From assembly GCA_963514005.1 (NCBI GenBank), contig OY740783.1, positions 128,960,001-129,024,000 on the forward strand: a stretch of DNA of 64,000 bases, in the 5' to 3' direction. This document shows, one piece after another, positions 59,294 through 64,000 of this stretch. Every line of letters starts with the position of its first letter. Positions within the stretch are counted from its first letter, which is position 1. The notes under the pieces were generated by a model, which worked only from the letters and a program-made list of their open reading frames with translations, did no database searches and had not been told where the DNA came from. Both the position numbers and the translations under genes were made by a program. The DNA comes from Raja brachyura. Taxonomy: Eukaryota.

Positions 59294-60004
59294 GGCCATA
59301 GATAGTGGCAGGGAAGAAGCTGTTTTAAAGTCTCGATCGGGCTTTCAAGCTCCTAGTTGCAAAAGGGTCCCGACCCAAAACATTTTTTCCATAGGTGCGG
59401 CTTGACCCGCTGAATTACTCCAGGACATTGTGTCCACCTTTGGTATAAACCAGCATCTGCAGTTCTTTTATTACTTTCAAGCTCCCGTTTCTTCTCCCAG
59501 TGGGGTCTCTGAAGAAGAGTCACCCATTCCTTCTCTCCAGAGATGCTGCCTGTCCCATAGTTACTCCAGCATTTTGTGTCTATCCATGTTCTCCAGGGTT
59601 GCTGCCTAACCCATTGAGTTATTCCAGCTCTTTGTGTCTTTTCTTGGTTTGAAGGTGTTATGACCCAAAACGTCACCTATACAAGTTCTCCATGGATGCT
59701 GCCTGACCATCTGAGTTACTCCAGCACTTTGCGTCTTTCATGTGTGGAGATGTTTAACTTGGCATCATGTCCAGCACAGACATTGTGGCCGAAGGGCCTG
59801 TTCTATGCTTTGACAATGAAGAAACATTTAGACTGGGACATGGATATGGTAGGTTTAGAGGGATCTGGGCCAAAAGCAGGCAAGTGGGACCAGTGTAGAT
59901 GGGGCATGTTGGTCTGTCTGGGTGTTGGGCCGAAGGGTCTGTTTCCATGCTGTATGACTCTGTAACAAACTCAGAGAAGCACACACCAAAGTGATAGGGG
60001 TCCA

Positions 60005-61015
60005 TGGAGGGGCGATGGGGAAAGGTGGGGAGATGATGAGTAAAGAGGGTTGAGATGGTGAGAGGGCAAGGGGGGAGCGGGATATGGGAAAGTGGGGAGA
60101 GATGGGAAAGAGTGGAGGAGATGGGAGAGTGGGGAGATAGGGGAGAGGGGAAAGTGTGGAGGAGAGAGGGGAGAGGGGGGAGATAGGGGAGAGGGGAAAA
60201 ATGGAGAGAGAGGGGGGAGGGGAGAGGGNNNNNNNNNNNNNNNNNNNNNNNNNNNNNNNNNNNNNNNNNNNNNNNNNNNNNNNNNNNNNNNNNNNNNNNN
60301 NNNNNNNNNNNNNNNNNNNNNNNNNNNNNNNNNNNNNNNNNNNNNNNNNNNNNNNNNNNNGAGAATGGTGAGGGAGAGGGGTCAGAGGGGAGAGGGGCAG
60401 AGGGGAGAGGGAGAGAGGGGAGCGGGTATGGGAGAGAGTGGTGAGGGAGAGGGGTCAGAGGGGAGAGGGGGAGAGGAGAGAGGGGAGAGGGGAGAAGGGA
60501 GAAGGGAGAGGGGCGAGAGGGGCGAGAGGGGAGAGAGGGGAGAGAGGGGAGAGAGGGATATAGTGGCGAGGGAGAGGGAGGAGAGAGGAGAGGGGAGAGA
60601 GAGGATGGGAGGGGGGAGAGAGGGGAGCGGGGAGAGGGGAGAGGGGAAAGAGTGGAGAGAGAGGAGAGAGGAGAAAGGGGAGAGAGAGGATGGGAGGGGT
60701 AGGGGGAGAGAGTGATGAGGGAGAGAGAGAAAAAAGGGAGAGAGAGGGAGAAAGAGAGTGGCGGTGAAAGATTGATAGGGACGGGCGACAGAGAAGAGTG
60801 AGAGAGAGGAGGGAAGAAGGGGTTAGAGGGGGGCGAGGGAAGAGTGGGAGGGGGAGGGAGGGAGGGGAGAGAAAGAAGAGAGCGGGGAGGGAAGAGTGAG
60901 GAGGGGAAAGGGTGAGGGGTGGGAGAGGGGAGAGGGGAGAGTGAGAGGGAGGGGGGCAGGGAAGAAGGAGAGGGTGTGAGGGTGCGGGGGGGGGGGGGGG
61001 TAGAAGGGAGAGAGG
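60005..61015. repeat. Polypurine (G/A) low-complexity tract, including the assembly gap at 60229-60360
   Basis: Almost exclusively G and A on the + strand. Confidence 0.9.
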
Positions 61016-61019
61016 GTGA

Positions 61020-61400
61020 CCCTCATGTCCCGGGGCTCTGGGACACTGGGAGCGGCGGCTTTGCGGGGCTCGGCAGTGGCCCGCAGGCGGCGCCCGGTGT
61101 CTGCGGCAGGCGGGCGGGCAGGACAGGGCAGGGCAGGGCAGCGCCGCCCCGCTCCAGCCTCCCCGCCCTCCCGGCGCTCCCACATAAGGAGCCGGAGCCG
61201 GAGCCGGAGCCAGCGCTGTGCGCAGGGAGGCAGCTCCGACAGTCCCAGCGTCGGGATCGCAGGCGCAGCCGGAGCCGGAGACCGCAGCACGGGAGGCCTA
61301 GCCGGAGCGGGAGCAGCTGAACCGGGATCCAAGGTGGAGGAGCACTTCCACCGGGATCAGACCCGGAGCGGGCGGAGCAAACCGGGAGGGAGCAGGCTGG
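61020..61400 (+). promoter_or_regulatory. CpG island, probable TESK1 promoter or non-coding first exon
   Basis: Very GC- and CpG-rich, with GC boxes and (ggagcc)n, 1.1-1.5 kb upstream of the TESK1 ATG. Confidence 0.6.
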
Positions 61401-61830
61401 GAATCGGGAGCAACCAAACTGAGATCAGATCGTGGTGGAGTGGACCGGGATCAATCCAGGATCAGGTCAGGAGCAGACAGCCCGGGATCAACCCAGGAGC
61501 AGACAGACTGGGATCTAACCAGGATCAGATAGACTGGGATCAGATCTGGAGTCGGCTGCAGATTGACAGGGATCAATCCAGGATTGGAAAGACTGGGATC
61601 TGACAGGGAATCAGCGGATATCCTGGGATTGGACCAGGACTCAGGATCAGGTAGACTGGGATCGGACTAAGAAACAGGATCAGGTAGACTGGGATCAGAG
61701 CAGGAGCAGATAGACCAGGGTCAGACCAGGAGCATATAGACCAGGGTCAGGCCAGGATCAGAGACAGACTGGGATCAGGCCTAGATCAGTCCAGATTAGA
61801 TAGACTGGAATCAGACCAGGAATCTGGAAC
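61400..61830. repeat. Degenerate minisatellite (ggatcag / agactggg units)
   Basis: Recurrent agactgggatcag motifs. Confidence 0.7.
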
Positions 61831-62519
61831 AATTAACAGCATTGACAGCTTTGAGCAGAGAAGAGGTTCTATTGCTACTCTGCCCACTCCAAATCAATAC
61901 AAGCCATGCACAGGGTGAATGGACCTCAGCCACCTCCCCGATCAACACCCAAATGGTGATTAGTGACCAATCTCCAAGTTCAGGAGACCTATTGCTATTT
62001 TAGTTTGCGATTGAACTCTGAATATTGACTGCTTATCATTGATTTATCCATTCGTCTTTGCCAGATTAATCATCGTTGCTGGATTATACCAATCATTGAT
62101 TAATGGATCGTCAATTCATCAGTTTATTTGTTGATTTATCAATGCTGGATTATTAATGACTAGTTGCTGTGCAGAGCCAGGTTATTGATCAACGTTGCAA
62201 GATTATTCGTCGACTGGTGTTGAATGACCGATGGTTTATTGATTCATTGTGATTGGGCATCTAAATGACTTGCAACAAAGTGATCCAGGCTAGTCCTAGT
62301 TTATCATTAGTTGCTCGTTGCCTCTCGCCTCTTCATGGGTGTGATCACACGAAGAGTGGCCCAAGTGGATGAAATGCCGGGGTTGAAGGTGTGAAGGCTT
62401 CATCCGTGAACACTCCTGGAGCGCCCCGCCTCCCCTAGCGTTCCGCTCCCGAGCCCGGGGAAGATGTGAATCAGGTTGGGGTAGTGTCCGGTGGGAGGGG
62501 GAGGAGGGCAGGCAGAGAG

Positions 62520-62738
62520 ATGGCGAGGGAAACAAACCTGAGGTTGGACTTGCCCAGCGAGGTCCTGGTGCCGGACTGCGGGCCCTACTCGGCCCCCGCG
62601 TCGGGCGCGATGCTCGGCTGCAACTGTCTGCGACCCTCCTCATACCGGGCGCTGTGCAGCGCCGTGTCCACCCTGGCCAGGATCGACGACTTCTACTGCG
62701 AGAAGATCGGCTCAGGATTCTTCTCGGAGGTGTTCAAG
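62520..62738 (+). CDS. TESK1: Dual-specificity testis-specific protein kinase, first coding exon (TESK1 favoured over TESK2); gene continues beyond the window
   Basis: Encodes MARET...[36 protein letters not shown] then |gtaagg; 219 nt, phase 0. SAVS.LAR is TESK1-type as recalled, whereas TESK2 has SAFSRLTR. Confidence 0.85.
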
Positions 62739-62829
62739 GTAAGGGTCTGACCGTCTGGTTTAAAGAGTCAAAAGTGTTTCAATGTCGACTCATGGAACTG
62801 CAGGTGCTGCTTTACAAAAAAAGACATAA

Positions 62830-63390
62830 TCAGCGGGTTAGGCAGCATCTGTGGAGAACATGCATAGGTGATGTTTCACAGAGTGCTGGAGTAACTCAGC
62901 GGGTCAGGCAGCATCTGTGGAGAACATGGATAGGTGACGTTTCACAGAGTGCTGGAGTAACTCAGCGGGTCAGGCAGCATCTGTGGAGAACATGGATAGG
63001 TGACGTTTCACAGAGTGCTGGAGTAACTCAGCGGGTCAGGCAGCATCTGTGGAGAACATGGATAGGTGACGTTTCACAGAGTGCTGGAGTAACTCAGCGG
63101 GTCAGGCAGCATCTGTGGAGAACATGGATAGGTGACGTTTCACAGAGTGCTGGAGTAACTCAGCGGGTCAGGCGTCATCTCTGGAGAACATGGATAGGTG
63201 ACGTTTCACAGAGTGCTGGAGTAACTCAGCGGGTCAGGCAGCATCTGTGGAGAACATGGATAGGTGATGTTTCACAGAGTGCTGGAGTAACTCAGCGGGT
63301 CAGGCGTCATCTGTGGAGAACATGGATAGGTGACGTTTCACAGAGTGCTGGAGTAACTCAGCGGGTCAGGCGTCGTCTGTGGAGAATGTG
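62830..63390. repeat. 66-bp tandem repeat, about 8.5 units, in a TESK1 intron
   Basis: Same unit as 33083; explains the repetitive ORF 62654-63391. Confidence 0.92.
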
Positions 63391-64000
63391 AATGGGTGAT
63401 GTTTCAGGTCGGGATCCTTCTTCAGACTGATGGTAGTAATGGGGGAGGGGTGAATTTCAGATAAAACTTTTATTTGCTGAAGCTGAATCTGTAGGAAGGA
63501 TGTTGTTAAGCTGCAACGGGTGTAGGGAAGATTTACGAGAATTTTGTCAGGACTAGAGGGCTTGAGCTGCAAGGGAGAGCTTTGGCAGACTGGGACCTTA
63601 TTCCTTGGAGTGCAGAAGGCTGAGGGATGATCTTACAGAGGTGTATAAATCATGAGAGGAATAGATCAGATGAATGCACGGAGTATTTTACCCAGGGTAG
63701 GAATCAAAAGCCATAGGACGTAGCTTTAAGGTAAGAGGAGCAAGAAGGCAATGTTTTCACTCTGAGGGTGGGGGGGTATATGGGACAAGGACGTAGTTGA
63801 GGCAAGTACTGTGAAACATACAGTACTTGGACACGTACATAGATACGATTTGGAAGATAGCCAAAAAGCTGGAGTAACTCAGCGGGACGGGCAGCATCAC
63901 TGGCGAGAAGGAATGGGTGATGTTTCAGGTCGAGACCCTTCAGAGGAATATGGGTCAAATGGGGACAAGTGAGTCTAGCTTAAATGGGGCATCTTGGCCA

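Noticed and set aside
60092-61603. Long Gly/Glu/Arg- and Pro/Ala-rich ORFs
   Set aside because: Low-complexity and CpG-island sequence with few stop codons; no recognisable domain.
62654-63391. 245-aa ORF of 22-aa repeats, and a possible CRISPR-like array
   Set aside because: It is a 66-bp satellite read in a stop-free frame. Units have no unique spacers, there are no cas genes, and it lies in a vertebrate intron.

Overview
Repeat-rich vertebrate genomic DNA, most likely from a cartilaginous fish such as a skate or ray. This is inferred from the HE1/V-SINE-like SINEs, CR1/HER1-like LINEs and Penelope-derived repeats. Two assembly gaps lie at 9779-10011 and 60229-60360. Host genes: (i) Two convergent genes for Siglec-15-like Ig receptors, reconstructed by hand from splice sites. 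Gene A (+) shows only its 3' part: V exon 2329-2736, TM exon 4044-4143, tail exon 4994-5027. Gene B (-) is complete: leader 40092-40152, V1 30608-30988, V2 23396-23743, TM 18112-18211, tail 16496-16511, giving 301 aa. Both have a lysine in the TM helix and a short tyrosine-free tail, and every V domain lacks the Siglec sialic-acid-binding arginine. Two pseudo-exon copies of V2 (37854-38155, 42936-43080) come from local inverted and direct duplications. (ii) The CpG-rich putative promoter and first coding exon of TESK1 (62520-62738, +). Mobile DNA: a full-length DIRS1-type tyrosine-recombinase retrotransposon (43344-51265) whose gag is interrupted by an intact Rex1/Babar-type LINE (47605-50744); a solo LTR; a hAT MITE; CR1, L1, L2, Hero and Penelope fragments; many tRNA-derived SINEs; hammerhead-like motifs; and a 66-bp satellite. 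Gene models and family names come from manual reading and recalled motifs, with no database search.
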